DNA of 55,723 nt, filler included, from Platydemus manokwari (taxonomy: Eukaryota), in the NCBI GenBank assembly GCA_037951405.1. It is 5 parts of 5 records of this genome, joined end to end, with 100 filler letters (N's around TTAATTAATTAA, not from the genome) between each part and the next. Parts side by side here need not be neighbours in the genome. Positions count along the whole stretch, not along the records: positions 10,406 to 26,158 come from JBBMOY011244763.1; positions 26,259 to 36,859 come from JBBMOY011121218.1; 3 more parts are not named here. The stretch is one strand, 5' to 3'. Each line of letters opens with the position of its first letter. Within the stretch, counting starts at the first letter, position 1. The position numbers and the translations under genes are program-made. This document shows positions 13,195 to 26,336 of the stretch, piece after piece. The notes beneath the pieces were generated by a model. The model was given only the letters and a program-made list of their open reading frames with translations. It was not told the origin of the DNA and did no database searches.

Positions 13195-15520
13195 CTACAA
13201 AATAATAAAATTATTTACTAAATAATTTCATGCAAATAAATCAATAAATAAAATAATAATAATCATTATTATTATTATTACTTAATAATAATTGTAAAGA
13301 TACTATAAAATGAATTTAATACACCGTGACTGTTGCTATTCAGTCATTCGTGTACCATAGAATAAGAAGAAATCTATAAAATGATATTCAAATATTATAC
13401 CCTTCATAAATCAAATATTTATCAAATATTATTTGCAATATAATTAATATAATAATTTTTATTTGTGAATTTTTACGAGCATCGGTGTAAAAAAATAAAA
13501 TCGAAACATGTAGACATTAAAAATCTATCTAGCTATCTACCTAAGTTTTCAAGCTTATTACGCCGGTTAGTATTTTAATACATGACAATTTCATATCATT
13601 CTATTGGTGGAGATTCCAAAATATTTATAAATATGCCATTCAAAACAAGACTAGTATTTTTATTCAAAATTTACTTATACAAAAAATAATTATTAATAAA
13701 GGAAATTATAAATGTATAAATTAAATAAAATAATAAAAACGAAAAAATCAATAATTTTAAAATGAGCACTTTCTAGTTTCTTCCAAGACTACAATATGTC
13801 TTTCATACTCACAATTATTTTAAATGGGATGCCCTGAATAATGAAAGTAGTTATCAATTAATTTATCCTTTAAAACAAATATAAATTAATGAAAAGCAGG
13901 ATAATTTCTAGTTAACAAAATAACCTTCAAATAAGTCTGTGATATTAATGATCAATATCGGAATAATCATGAATTTATGTATTTACGGTTAGTAAAAGTT
14001 TTCCATGATTAATCAACTTTTCAAGACTTTCTGTGTTCAATGTTTTTGTGTTTGTGAATCAATGATCTTATCAAATCCACAATACAGATTTAATATCAAT
14101 GAAACCATGAGAAATTGTAGAATATTATTTGAAAATAAGTCATTCAATAATAATATTATCAAATGTATAAGTTACCATAGAAAGAGATGAAATATTTATA
14201 AGTTCTGTTTTTCAAAATTTTCTTCAGAAATTATTGAATGTGATTTTTATTTTAAAATATCGAAAAGCACATGAGCGATAAAAAGGTTTATTTTTCAAAT
14301 CATCCAATAATATAAGAATTTTAAAATAATAATAATAATAATAAAGATCGGAATCATATATTAGAACTACTGCAAATGTTATCCATAATGCCAAATTCTC
14401 GACACGAAAAAGAAATGACTAAATAATGGCCTTTATAAATATCATATCACATTCATTTCCTGTTATTATAAACTCAAGAACAAAAAATCTTTTTCTCGTT
14501 TTAATTTTCTGTTTTAATCCAATAGTTAATTCAAAACTATTCTATTTCCAATAACACGGATAACTCAGTCGATAAACAAACACAAATGAAGAATGTGCGA
14601 ACAGAATTGACAGTTCTTTGAAAGGTGTCGTTTAGAGCTATAGAACTTTAACACAAATCAAATTTTTTTTATTCACTACATTTACAAAGGTTAGGCTTTT
14701 TCAATGGGACTCTAAGTTTTGAATAGATAGTTTATTTAATACTATAAAGTAATCAAATGTATGAATATGTTAGCAGCCAGTGTACATTTATCTGCCCATA
14801 TGTATAAAAGATAGGTCTAAGCATTCTGTTTTTATCAAAATAAATTTAAATGAAATTTCTATATTATATGTGCAAAATATTTTAAATGAATTAAATTTTT
14901 AATTCAAATTTAATTTTAATTTTATATATAATCATGTTTATATAAAATTAAATTTATTTGTTTAAATATTTGTATTTAAATAGATTTTTGGTGTCTTGAC
15001 TTTTCAGTTTCTTTTTAATGTGTGGATTTTAAAATAGTAGCGGCTAAAAATATGAAAAGGGTAAAGATGTTTTAAATCAAACAAACATTAAGTGTTTTGG
15101 TTAGATGAGAATTGGTGAGATTATTAAGGTTGGAATTAACAGAGGGTTTCATAAACGTTTATTTGAATATATTTTAAATAAATATAAATTTTATTAATTT
15201 CAAATCAAAAGAATAAGTTACCAAATATTTATCCTTTCCATAATAATAATTATTATTTCAAACAACGTAATTATTATTGATATCTTAATGTTAAAAAACT
15301 TACATTTTTTGGGTTGTAAATGTATATGATTTCATTTAATGGATTTGGTGGAGTGAACGGTGAATGAGCTTGGATCGTATTATTGGTTCCTCGTTGCTTA
15401 TGAACTTTCATGGGCTGGATTAAATAAACGATATGTAAGATTTGAAAATATAAATTGAAATCATTGTAATTCTATCAAAATTTCAGATTATGATAGTATT
15501 TATTAACATTTAAAGTTATA

Positions 15521-15573
<53 letters not shown>

Positions 15574-18500
15574 AATGAAAAAATAACGCAAATAGAAAAA
15601 ATAAATCAAAACTATCGACAAACAGACAATTTTAAACCATTATATCACATCAAAATTGCTAAATAAAGTCTTAATTTTTAACAAATAATCTTATAATTTT
15701 TCAAATAAAACTTATAATATCGTTAATAGTTAGTTATTCCCATGATTCTAATAGTTCTTTTTAGTTACTTTAGAATTTGAATTGAAAAAAATAGACTGTT
15801 TAAATAGAAGAAATTAAAATTTTTACAAAATTGAAATGACATGTAAATGTGGCTGTTTTATTTAGCAAATTAAAAAAAATTATACTATCAAAGATTAAAG
15901 AGGTTTGATGTCAAAAAATCAACAAGTGAAAGCCAACTAACAGGTCTTGTAGTTCTTTCTACTTCCCATTATCAGATCGGACACATTCGAATTCACCACT
16001 TATTAATTGATATTCATAATCAATTTACTTAATGAGCACTTATGTATCATTATATCTCTTACAATGAGAAATTGTAAAATTGTAAAAATCTACGTCAACA
16101 AAGATCATCTAAAAATCAAAACCAAGTAAAACTATTCATTTAACTTTTGGCACGTATTCGAAATTAAGTCCAAACACAATTGTAGTTTGAGTCTAGATAA
16201 CTCTACTAATAATATACTAATATCAGTTTAAAAGCTCGATATCAATAATATTTCAAATGATTTCCCAGTGATTTTTTATGTGAATAATATGGCTCATAAA
16301 AATAATTCACCACAAAATGAAAAGCATTTTACAAATTGTAAAAGCTTATAAAATTAATGATAAGAAAAAATGATTCCTTTAAATCAGATTAGTAAAAAAT
16401 TGTTTCTTAACTTACTGAATTATTGGCCAAATTCAAGAGAAAAAAATAACACCTCGGGTTTTAAAAAAGTACATATCATTCAATTTATGAATATTTTGAA
16501 TAAAATTATCAATTAATCCTGAATAAAGGACACAAACATATATACATTCGAGTATATGATTTAAAAAATTTAGTATATGAAAACCATTTGATGATAATTA
16601 TAAATTTATAATAACTCTTATCACGTTATCTTTTGTTAATAATCATCATTAATACAACACAACACATTACATGATTGAAAACAAGGAGAATCCACACAAT
16701 GACGATCGTTAATTAGTCTTTATAAAATATTACACGGAACTATTCATTTAATCCGAGATTTTGAAGAAACGATGAATGAAAGTGAATGAGATTTTTGAAC
16801 AGGAAATAAAGAAAAATTCCCTTTGATGAAATATTTGAGCTAGGAGAAAAGGTAAGATTTAATAAATAACAACGTTAATAATACTATTAGTTATAATTAT
16901 TATTATTTTATAACGTTAATAATAAATATCTTTAATCAACTGAACCAAAGGAAACCTTTTCTCCTTGTTCTAAATGGCAACACATAAACACATTAAAATT
17001 AAGAATTATATAATAATTTTCTGAAATTATCATATGATGGTGGAATAATTTTCAAATTTTTCTACCCAAGATAAAATATGTAATAAAAATCAAACAATGC
17101 ATTTATCATTTAACTTTATCCATGTTTAAAATTATCAACAACGAAAAATATCAATCTGCACTCTAGACATAGCAAGTATAATTATGCGTTAATAAAATGT
17201 CAATTTTATTTACTAAACATGCTATTTAATATTATTTATCATATATTTTCAAAAATACCAAACAAATAAATTAATTGGTTCATTTAGCATATATACGAGT
17301 AAGAATAAATTATCTACGACCAGAAGGCCTCAATTATTCCATTAAAATTAAACTGGCGATTCGCGACTCATTTTTCAAATAAGTTGAATTAATGTTATTA
17401 TTTACTAATGTTATTTAAATTTTAAGCAAAATATACCAATAATAAACTTGCTAATATATCAATGCAAATGGTGTGATGCAGTCAAGAGTTAATATTTATT
17501 ATTAAAATGTATAAAGTATTATCTTTTTGGTTTATATAATTTTATTTTGTAAATGGTCCAGTAATAATAAAGATCCGCTAAGCCTGATCTAGATTATGGC
17601 CTAAAACAGAAATCTATGACAAGATAATTGCTAATAAGACAATACTGAAATCCTAAGTAAATCTTAATAAATTGGTAAGGGTTATGAAATTCCTATTTTG
17701 ATGCTGTGATGCCATCACTGTAACAATAACATTGGCAAATGGTTCGAAATTTACTATTTCAATTATAATGTAAAATATAAAATTATCTTCAGTTTATGAT
17801 CTGTTTCTAGAATTATTGCAAATATGTTGCGAATTAATATTAAGATACTAATAGCAATAATATTTCGGTGATTCAAGATTTGCTTTAAAATTCAGAAAAA
17901 CGTTTTACTAAAAAAAATGTTCATACCATATTGATTAAGTTGATAATATATTGAATTCGGCAGAATAATAATAATAATAATAATAATAATTGTTAGTTGC
18001 CAAAATTTCTTCATTCTTGATATTCAAATCAAAAGTCATGTTTACAACAGAACAAAAAATCTATTCGTCCATACATCAATTTTCCAACAAATTTTAAATA
18101 TTAAATTTATTTCCATCTCATTTATCTTCATTTTTAATCCAGATATAAAAATACCTACATTTTTATATTACATCTTATTTATTTTTTAAAAATGTAAATT
18201 TTATGTTTAATAATTTTAAAATTAAGAGTTTAACAGTATTTTTAAGCAAGATCCTTTTATAAATATTACTATAACAATTCTTTTTTAAATTATCTTTTGG
18301 TTCAATTTTTAATAATTTTAATCCTTTGTAAATTTTAATTATTTATCGTACTTTTAAATAAATCTCAATAATAATAATAAGAAGAAGAAAATAGTAGAAT
18401 AAAAATAGAAAAAATCTACATAATTAATGAATTATTGGATCAATAAAAACTCCTACCTTTGGTACGGCAAATTTCAAAATTATGTCTGTGACTTCATTGT

Positions 18501-21500
18501 CATTTTCGCTTGAGATCTGAGCTACCAAGATATTGACGTTTGGATGTGGTCTATCACTCGAAAAATGTAACACGACTTTCACTTTGCTACTCGTATTACT
18601 ATATAGAATTAATGGAATTTTCAAAGGATTAGGCTTAATGTTAGTTAGAGAGATGTTAAAAAGGCTTAGATCGATATTTGTCTCCTCCGCTTTTGATTGA
18701 TTTATTGTAGGTTTAACAGGAGTTGTAGTAGATTCGGAATTGACTTTATCACCAGGTAAATCATTCGGCATTTTAGTGTCTCGTAAAGATAAGGACATTT
18801 CATCTAATCCCAAATCGTTACATAAAAGAGGAAGATCATTCGTTGAAGAATTTCTCGCTTCTTTATCTTCCAGCGTGGATAATAATTCAACATCTTGCAT
18901 TGGTTTAATTGGAGTTGTATTATTTCTGACAAAATTAAATGAAATTTTTACAAATATAAAATATGGATAATATCTAGAATGACATAGACGTGAAAATACT
19001 CATTTAGTGTTGATTCAATTAGTGAGATATTCGTTGTTACGTGGTTTCACATCACTATTCAAAGCATACATTTTTCAGGAAGTCTTTAAAAATAGTTTTT
19101 AATAAATGAAATTTTCTTGTTACGACATTCAGTGGAAAAATATATCAAAAATTGAAGACATTTCTCTTACCCATGTGAATAACATGTGTGATTCATTGCT
19201 CATGTTATTTTTTTAAATATACATTATTCATACATGTTTTGTCTAAGAGTAGAAAGAAATGCCTGAATAAATTCGATAATATAAAGTTAATTTCATCAGA
19301 TTTTATTGTAATTATGTAAATATACATTGTATTATTTTCACAATAATCTTTTAGACGATTTTAATTTCAGATTCGTAGCTTTTACTTATCTGACCTGAGA
19401 AAGATTTAAACGGAATGATTGGGATAGTTGAAGTAATTAACCCCATTTGTGCCATTCATTTTTGACAAAATCATTCAGAATTTGATTTACATAAAATCCA
19501 AACACAAAAATTTAAATAAAACATGGATATTATTAATTCATTGATAGGTTTTGTGCACTATGTATTTGTTGTTTTTGGACCGAAGTAAAAATCAATAATT
19601 ATAATTGTGTGTGTAGAAATGTATATTAAAAATATAATTTGTTTTCAGTACTGATATTTATTATCAAAATAATAAACAATATAATTTTGATAACAATTAG
19701 GACTTCACATTCCGATCGCAAACGAAATCTAATTTATCGATAAAAAAAAGAAACTTATTAACACTTTTATAATAAAATTTAATGTTAATGTCTACCTAAA
19801 ATTATAAAAAACTTCTATGCATAAATTCAAAACATAATTGTTCTAGTCCGGAACCGCTAATGATTAAAACAAGAATAATAATAAGTTTAGAATTGCGATC
19901 ACAAATGATTTGTAAAAAAGCTTATATTAAATAGCTTCGACTAGACAAAACAAATCGGTTATTTTTCTAAATAACTATTCTAAAAAAAATAATAAATAAC
20001 GAAAAACTACAACTAATCATTCCCGAGAAATCAAAACTGAGAATAATAATGAGTTCAAGAAATCTATTTAATTTAAATGGTAATATAAATTGTTGATTTG
20101 TTGGCATATGAAAACTATTTAAGGATTTAATCTCAAATGAATATTTATTCGATACAGCGCAACGCTAATAAAAATAGAATCGCAAGCCTTATAAAATTTC
20201 TAATTATAATAAAAATTTATTTCTTAAATATTACATCTAAATAAAAAAAATCTTTGATATTCAATTTTATTTATTTTTGAATATTTAAAATTATATCGAG
20301 ATGTCAGACAATGCGGAAAGCCATTGATTGATTGAATAAAATGAAGATTATTGCAATGATGATCATATTTTACGCTTCATTGAATGATGATGGGAATGAA
20401 AGGCTTAATCAACAAAATGATGATATAAATTTATAAATAAATTGTAACCACAGTGAAAAGAAAATCATTTCTAGAATATTTCACAATTTATGTGGAGATA
20501 TTTATAGTTCAGGCGGTGGTGGGATTCAATCTTAAATTGCCCAATCAATATTTCAAAATACAAATTGGGCATAAGTTTAGTTCAAAATCACTGTCATACT
20601 TTTTATAATTTAAGGTTAATTTTCCAAATTGATTTACAATTTTTAAAAAAAGCATTCCATGGTGATCGTGCTTAAGTTTTAATTTGGAAGTGAAATTTGA
20701 TTTTAATCTAATTCTAATTAGGGATTAGCCAATTTAATTTAAATGTCAGCTAACAATAATTTACACGGATCCAGTATTAAGTAAGGGTCCCCCGCAAGAT
20801 AATCGATTAAACAAATTGTTTAATACTGTGAGTTTTTATCTCATTTTCTCATATTATCTTATTATTGCGTGTGTAATATTTATTAATATTTGTTATTGTG
20901 TTCATTATAAGAATTTCAATATTTGCTTGATCTTATAATTAAAAGAGAATATGCATTTTCATTGTTATTGTTTTATATTTAAAGAGTTTTGGGTCCGTTT
21001 TTCATCAATTTTCTTCGGTCAGTTACCGAGAGTTTAAATAGTGCCATATATTTACATAACAAAAGCATATTGAATTTTGTGAATATTTACAATACAATAT
21101 GGTATAGCTATTGATTTCGAATTAGGAAATACACGTGGTCTTGTCCAATCATCAGCTTTGTTTGTATATAATTAAACACCGAAATGTAATCTAAGAATAT
21201 TAAACGATAGTCTTTGTAATTAAGAATCCTAGAAAAAGAATTATAAGCATCATTAATAACTATAGTAAGATTAAATTCATAATATATGAATCGTTCTCCT
21301 GTTAATTATAAAATATAAAAATTATGCAAAAATATCGATTTTGTAAAATTAAAACTACTTCTGTTTCGAAATATTTAATAGCTCTTTGCCAAGAATGTCT
21401 AACTCTTCAAATCCTTTCACTTCAGGCTTCTTGGTTTTGGCAAGTGCTAATGTTGAATCTTTTTGAGGATCTGATAGTGAATTTTTCGCTTTTAATTCAT

Positions 21501-23519
21501 GATTATTCTTACTAGATGGAAAATTGGCAGAAATTGGTTTGTTTAAATCAGTAGCTAAAATAATACAAAATCATTCATTATTGAAATAACAAAAATTAAC
21601 TAAAGGATTTATTCATGAGTTGATTGCAATATATTAATCGTGATAAGATGTATTTAATAAAATAAAAAATGCAAAAAGAATGATAATTAGTTGAGACATG
21701 AATATAAGTTTAATAAGCCATCCATGAAGCTTTCAAAGTTAATGTAGAAAGGAAGAAACTATAAATAAAGCATAAAAATGAAAAATAAATCAAATTTTCG
21801 TTTTACTAAATTTTTTCTTGTACATATATAAATTTATAAATAATTGTATCCATAGTCAAAAGATAATAATTTCTAAAATATTTCATTAATTATGTGGAGA
21901 TATTTGTAGCTCAGACGGTGGTTGGGATTCAATCTTAAATCCAATGGTCTAATAATTAATAATTTTGAAAACAAAATAAAATAAATGAAAAACTCGTAAT
22001 AAATAATATTCGAAGATGAATAAAAACATCTGAGAAAAAAGCATTTAATTTTCGAATTTTATATCATGAATATAGAAATTCACTTGATTGTTCCATAAGA
22101 TACCTTAATCTTGATTTAGTTTCTAACAGAAATCTCATAGAAATTTGAAGTGGTGTTTCAAATGAAATACATTAACAAATTAAAGCCGATATGCGCCACA
22201 GCAGTTAAATTTTAGATATCGATTTTGTTTATAGTAAAACTTTTATTAAAGGTTGGAATTTTCATAAAAATTAATAGAAACACTCAATACTTCAAGTCAT
22301 AAATTAAAATATTGATTTCAATTTCTACAAAGTGCTTATAAAATAGAAAATTTATTAATAATTTTCTCAAATACAGACTAATAATAGCTTTTGGAGTTTT
22401 GTCATTTGTAAACCATGCAAAAAATAAAAGCTAAAAATAATAATATTAAATCATAATAATACGAAAGGAGAATGATAACAAGTTCCGTAATATTAAGAAA
22501 ATTATCTTAAAAGAATAGATTTAGTATTTTGAATGGGAATTTTGAAGTCCCATTATATTTTCTCTGGAACTGGTGCCATACAAATGATAAATATACATGC
22601 ATACAATACATACAATGAGATGATTCCGGGTAATAAGCACGTATAGAAATAGAAAGGAATAATAAATATTTAATGCAAACAATAACAAATATTGATAATA
22701 AATAATTCATAAACATTGTGTGCAATATAGGCAATGTGTTAATTGTATTGTTGCATTACAAAATCGGTTCTTAAATTAAATTTCAAATAATATTTCATGA
22801 ATAATTTCATAATAATATCTCTATACGAGATTGTTACAATAATTTATTGAGGAGAAAATAAATAATCAACAATAGAAATCTCAGAAATTTTCAATTGTAA
22901 AGAATATATTGAAATAATAAAGTGATAAAGCACCAGTATAATAACTACATTATATAATAAATACATTGTGGGGTGGCGAGAATCGTTTTGAAATAAATAA
23001 AAATTCATTATTAATACAAAATAAGAAACTGACTTGAAGAAATAGGAAAAATATCTAATAAATCTTGGTATGCATTTGCCGGAGGTGTTGGATTAGGATC
23101 AGCAGATTTTATTCCATTACTAATGGATTCTGTAAAAGTAGTCAACCCCAATGAATGAAGATCTTTGGATAATAAATCATCAGGTCTAAAAAAATCTAGT
23201 ATAGATTAGTATGATTCGGTGATTTCGATTACCCATTGTAAGAATAACCGAGTAAATCTTCTTCTACTATTTTGTTAGAACTCACATTGGTTTGATTAGG
23301 TTTTTCAGTATTGATACCGGATAAAATATCCCAGTACCTCTTGATAATGATGTTGCATTCATCAATAACTTTGATAATATCATCTGAAAGGCAGATAGAC
23401 CTCATACGTTTACGCAAATACCAAAGCAATAAACACATACTCAAAATATCGTTATCATCAGTTTCACGAGATAATTTAAACATATCAGATCTGGATTTCT
23501 CCAAATTTTCAATTAATTG
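13105..23519 (-). CDS. GGA: GGA (Golgi-localized, gamma-ear-containing, ARF-binding) adaptor, 3' part: C-terminal GAT, hinge and GAE domain; 5'-incomplete
   Basis: Seven GT-AG exons join in phase (23519-23441, 23383-23233, 23185-23034, 21554-21359, 18925-18457, 15414-15304, 13194-13105; 1248 nt = 415 aa + TGA). Motifs typical of GGAs: LEKSRSDMFKLSRETDDNDILNDII (GAT helix), DDLLSKDLHSLGL and GFEELDILGKELL (hinge), LSLFNISLTNIKP...VKVVLHFSSDRP...LKFAVPK-PMKV...YNPKN-ESVDLKFHLSY (GAE). Confidence 0.9.
15304..15414 (-). CDS. GGA: GGA exon, GAE domain (PMKVHKQRG...PPNPLNEIIYIYNPKN)
   Basis: Acceptor atccag, donor gtaagt, 111 nt, phase 0/0; aligns with the GAE segment MKVKLQPPSG...ITQVLLLANP. Confidence 0.85.
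15521..15571. repeat. (AAT)17 microsatellite in a GGA intron
   Basis: Perfect trinucleotide run. Confidence 0.95.
17966..17990. repeat. (AAT)8 microsatellite
   Basis: Perfect trinucleotide run. Confidence 0.85.
18457..18925 (-). CDS. GGA: GGA exon, hinge end and N-terminal half of the GAE (gamma-adaptin ear) domain
   Basis: Corresponds to ORF 18424..18900; acceptor ttgtcag, donor gtagga directly after FAVPK, a hallmark GAE motif. Confidence 0.9.
20467..20537 (+). repeat. ~70-bp dispersed repeat, copy 1
   Basis: tttctagaatatttcac..ttatgtggagatatttatagttcaggcggtggtgggattcaatcttaaat; near-identical to 21869-21940. Confidence 0.85.
21359..21554 (-). CDS. GGA: GGA exon, hinge (…GFEELDILGKELL…); may contain an internal 42-nt intron
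   Basis: Acceptor ttttag, donor gtagtt; phase 1 in and phase 2 out fit the flanking exons; resembles the LDDLDLLGKTLL hinge motif. Confidence 0.75.
21869..21940 (+). repeat. ~70-bp dispersed repeat, copy 2
   Basis: tttctaaaatatttcat..ttatgtggagatatttgtagctcagacggtggttgggattcaatcttaaat. Confidence 0.85.
23034..23185 (-). CDS. GGA: GGA exon, hinge (PDDLLSKDLHSLGL...YQDLLDIFP)
   Basis: Acceptor ttttttag, donor gtcagt; open frame in phase with both neighbours; resembles the LLDDELMSLGL hinge motif. Confidence 0.8.
23233..23383 (-). CDS. GGA: GGA exon, end of GAT and start of hinge
   Basis: Acceptor ctttcag, donor gtaatc; encodes DIIKVIDECNIIIKRYWDIL...; lies within ORF 23229..23504. Confidence 0.85.
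23441..23519 (-). CDS. GGA: GGA exon, GAT domain (QLIENLEKSRSDMFKLSRETDDNDIL)
   Basis: Acceptor ttttctag, donor gtatgt, phase 0 to phase 1; matches the GGA GAT pattern RxxLFRLASDTEDND. Confidence 0.85.
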
Positions 23520-25515
23520 CTAGAAAATCGTATGTGTATCATTTCAAAATTGACAAATATTATTAGAAAAATCATTTAATTTCATTCAAATCATTATTTA
23601 AAAATAAAAAGTTTTCAAAAGGATTTTCAAATCAAAATCTTTCCCGTTACACAAATTCAAATTCGTTCAAATTGTCATTGATTTTTTGAACATAATAATA
23701 AGTTTATATTTAATATGAAGACTGGTAATAATAATAATGAATTGATAATACTTATTATTCCCATTATAATTGGATATACATATATACCAATCAAAATACA
23801 CAATATTTAATTCATTTCAACAATCTACAAAAAACCAAATTTAATGAAATAAATCAAAATTCAAACTAAATCCATATAGTTTATCTCGTTGATTCGACAA
23901 CGCTAGTTGTATGTCCATTCCGTAGATGTGTTGAAAATACAACAAATTTTGTGTTAAGTAGAAAATCAATTGAAATTAACACAACATTTACCAGGCCGTT
24001 CAAGATGATCAGTTTTAAGTTGATTACTGAATAAATTTAAGATCCGCATATATTGAGAAATAAATCAAGAATCGACAAAAACAACTTGAAAAGTTATTTC
24101 AAGTCTTCATTTTAAAACTGTTCACTCGATCGACCTGTTGAGTTTGGTGCTAAAGGAAGTAGTATATTTAATCGAGAAAAAAATGATTTATGTTCAATTA
24201 CATGATCACCGATTCATTAGACACCCTTAAGCAGAAAACATTTTACATGCAATTTTTTTATAATTATAGCCAAATCAAATATTTTTTTATTTGAAAACAT
24301 TTTTTATATTACAAAATCGACAAACCTTCATTTGTGAATTAGTTAAAATAGAATGTGTTGAACTATTATGCAACTCCTCGTAACTAAATGATGACTAAAA
24401 ATGGCTTTTAAAAGATTGTATCGATAACATGTCTTAAAATACAAAATAAATCAATTTAATCTACCGCAATTTTTATTAAATTATAAATGATTCTTTAATC
24501 ATGCGCATTCATTTGTATTATCGATTCTGTCTGAAGCATTATTTTGTCCTCTAACAGTATAACCGTGAATCAAAATCCCAAATCGGATTTTTAAATCGTG
24601 GTTATATTATTAATTGAAAAACTAATTGAAAAATATTTAAAATTCAATGAAATAAAGTTGTAGTCAAGATATTTTCAATAAATTTAAAAATTGAATAGAC
24701 TTGGGTTTGAACGTACTAAATTATTTCTGGATTCCATATAATTTAAGATTTACTATTTAGAGTCTCAAAAAATATTAAAAATAAATTTAAAGGAAAAAGA
24801 ATAAATATATAATTTTTATTTCATATAAAACAATATTTAACCTTTATACTTTCTTTAACTGGTTATATTTTTAATATTTAGTAATCAACCCAGAACTTTC
24901 GTGTCTTTTTTCTCATTAATTTCGTAAGGTTTTGGATTAAATTCAAAATATTGAGTTAATCGAGATAACCCATTGAATTGAGCACTATGAAATATTGCGA
25001 TATCCCAATTAAAAATTATAAACTTTGTCTTTTGCCAGTCAAATTTATTTTCAAATTTATACAAAGACGGAAGAGAATTAAAAATTTGATTCCAAACCAT
25101 AATAAAATAATATTTAACATTTCAAAAATTCAATTTTTAAAAGATATCATTAGATTATATTTTGCATCTTGTTAATGGTATTTAATAAATTTGCCAGTAT
25201 AAACTTAATTTGAATACATTTTCTAACTATATTGCTAATATTTACTAATATAAATATAAAATTAAAACGACATTTATAACATTAGCAAAGAATTGAGAGA
25301 AATGATATTTTTATTGCAACACTGACACATTTTTTTTTAAATAGTCAATGTGCTAAAAGCACTACTACTCATAAAAAATAAAAATAAATAAAAAATATAT
25401 CTTTAGATGTAGTTAATAATTGGAAAAAAAATATTAAATCCATTCTTGAAATGAATATGTTTTATTTATGTAGAAAATATTACACTTGAAAATATTATGA
25501 ATCATTGATCTAGAA

Positions 25516-25638
25516 CAGGGGTGGCCAACCGGTCGATCGCGATCGACTGGTCGATCTTGAAGCTAATTTTAGTCGATCGCGTGAGATGTTATTCAAATGA
25601 AAAGTCGATCTTACGTACACAAAAGTTGGCCACCTCTG
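25516..25638. mobile_element. 123-bp hAT (Charlie-type) MITE
   Basis: TIRs CAGGGGTGGCCAAC / GTTGGCCACCTCTG; degenerate TSD atctagaa / atctatgc; repeated GTCGATC subterminal motifs. Confidence 0.8.
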
Positions 25639-26084
25639 ATCTATGCCATGTAGATGTGGAATCTCATCGATATTAGATCTTTAGTAAATAAATGCAGGTC
25701 AATTTTATAAATTCTTTAATAATGATTTATAAATCTAATTCTGAAAATTCCTTGATATTTGGATAATAAAATGTAAATACAACTCCACATGACAACAAGC
25801 GCTAGGAAATTTTAATTCGAACAAACCATAATTTTCCCCTGAATGATAGGTTAAGCATTTTATTATAATTGTCTTGGATTAGATTATAATTCCAATATGA
25901 TAACATATGGAAGCTTATACACACCGAGACGAATTGAGCGGGTTAATTAAATATTTAAGACATAATGAAAAAATATAAAAATCGAAATATTTATTTTATA
26001 TTTAATTTATAAAATTAATAAGTAATTTATTATTTTTTTAATTATTCATTTAAATAATGATATTTTTATTGTTATTTTTACTGA

Positions 26085-26085
<1 letters not shown>

Positions 26086-26158
<73 letters not shown>

Positions 26159-26280
26159 NNNNNNNNNNNNNNNNNNNNNNNNNNNNNNNNNNNNNNNNNN
26201 NNTTAATTAATTAANNNNNNNNNNNNNNNNNNNNNNNNNNNNNNNNNNNNNNNNNNNNTATGATTATGATTATGATTATG

Positions 26281-26335
<55 letters not shown>
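26086..26335. repeat. (ATT)n microsatellite on both sides of a spacer, with a short (TATGAT)n part
   Basis: ATT runs at 26086-26158 and 26281-26335; TATGAT units at 26259-26282. Confidence 0.95.
26159..26258. other. Artificial contig spacer / assembly gap
   Basis: Same 44N-12-44N structure; both flanks are (ATT)n. Confidence 0.97.

Positions 26336-26336
<1 letters not shown>

Noticed and set aside
18740-18970. Plus-strand ORFs overlapping GGA exons (also 21324..21515 and 23311..23523)
   Set aside because: Antisense shadows with no independent motifs.
23992-24026. Candidate small upstream GGA exon (cag...ctg|gtaaat on the minus strand)
   Set aside because: The in-phase translation INLKLIILNGL does not resemble GAT sequence; chance splice-like signals are common in AT-rich DNA.
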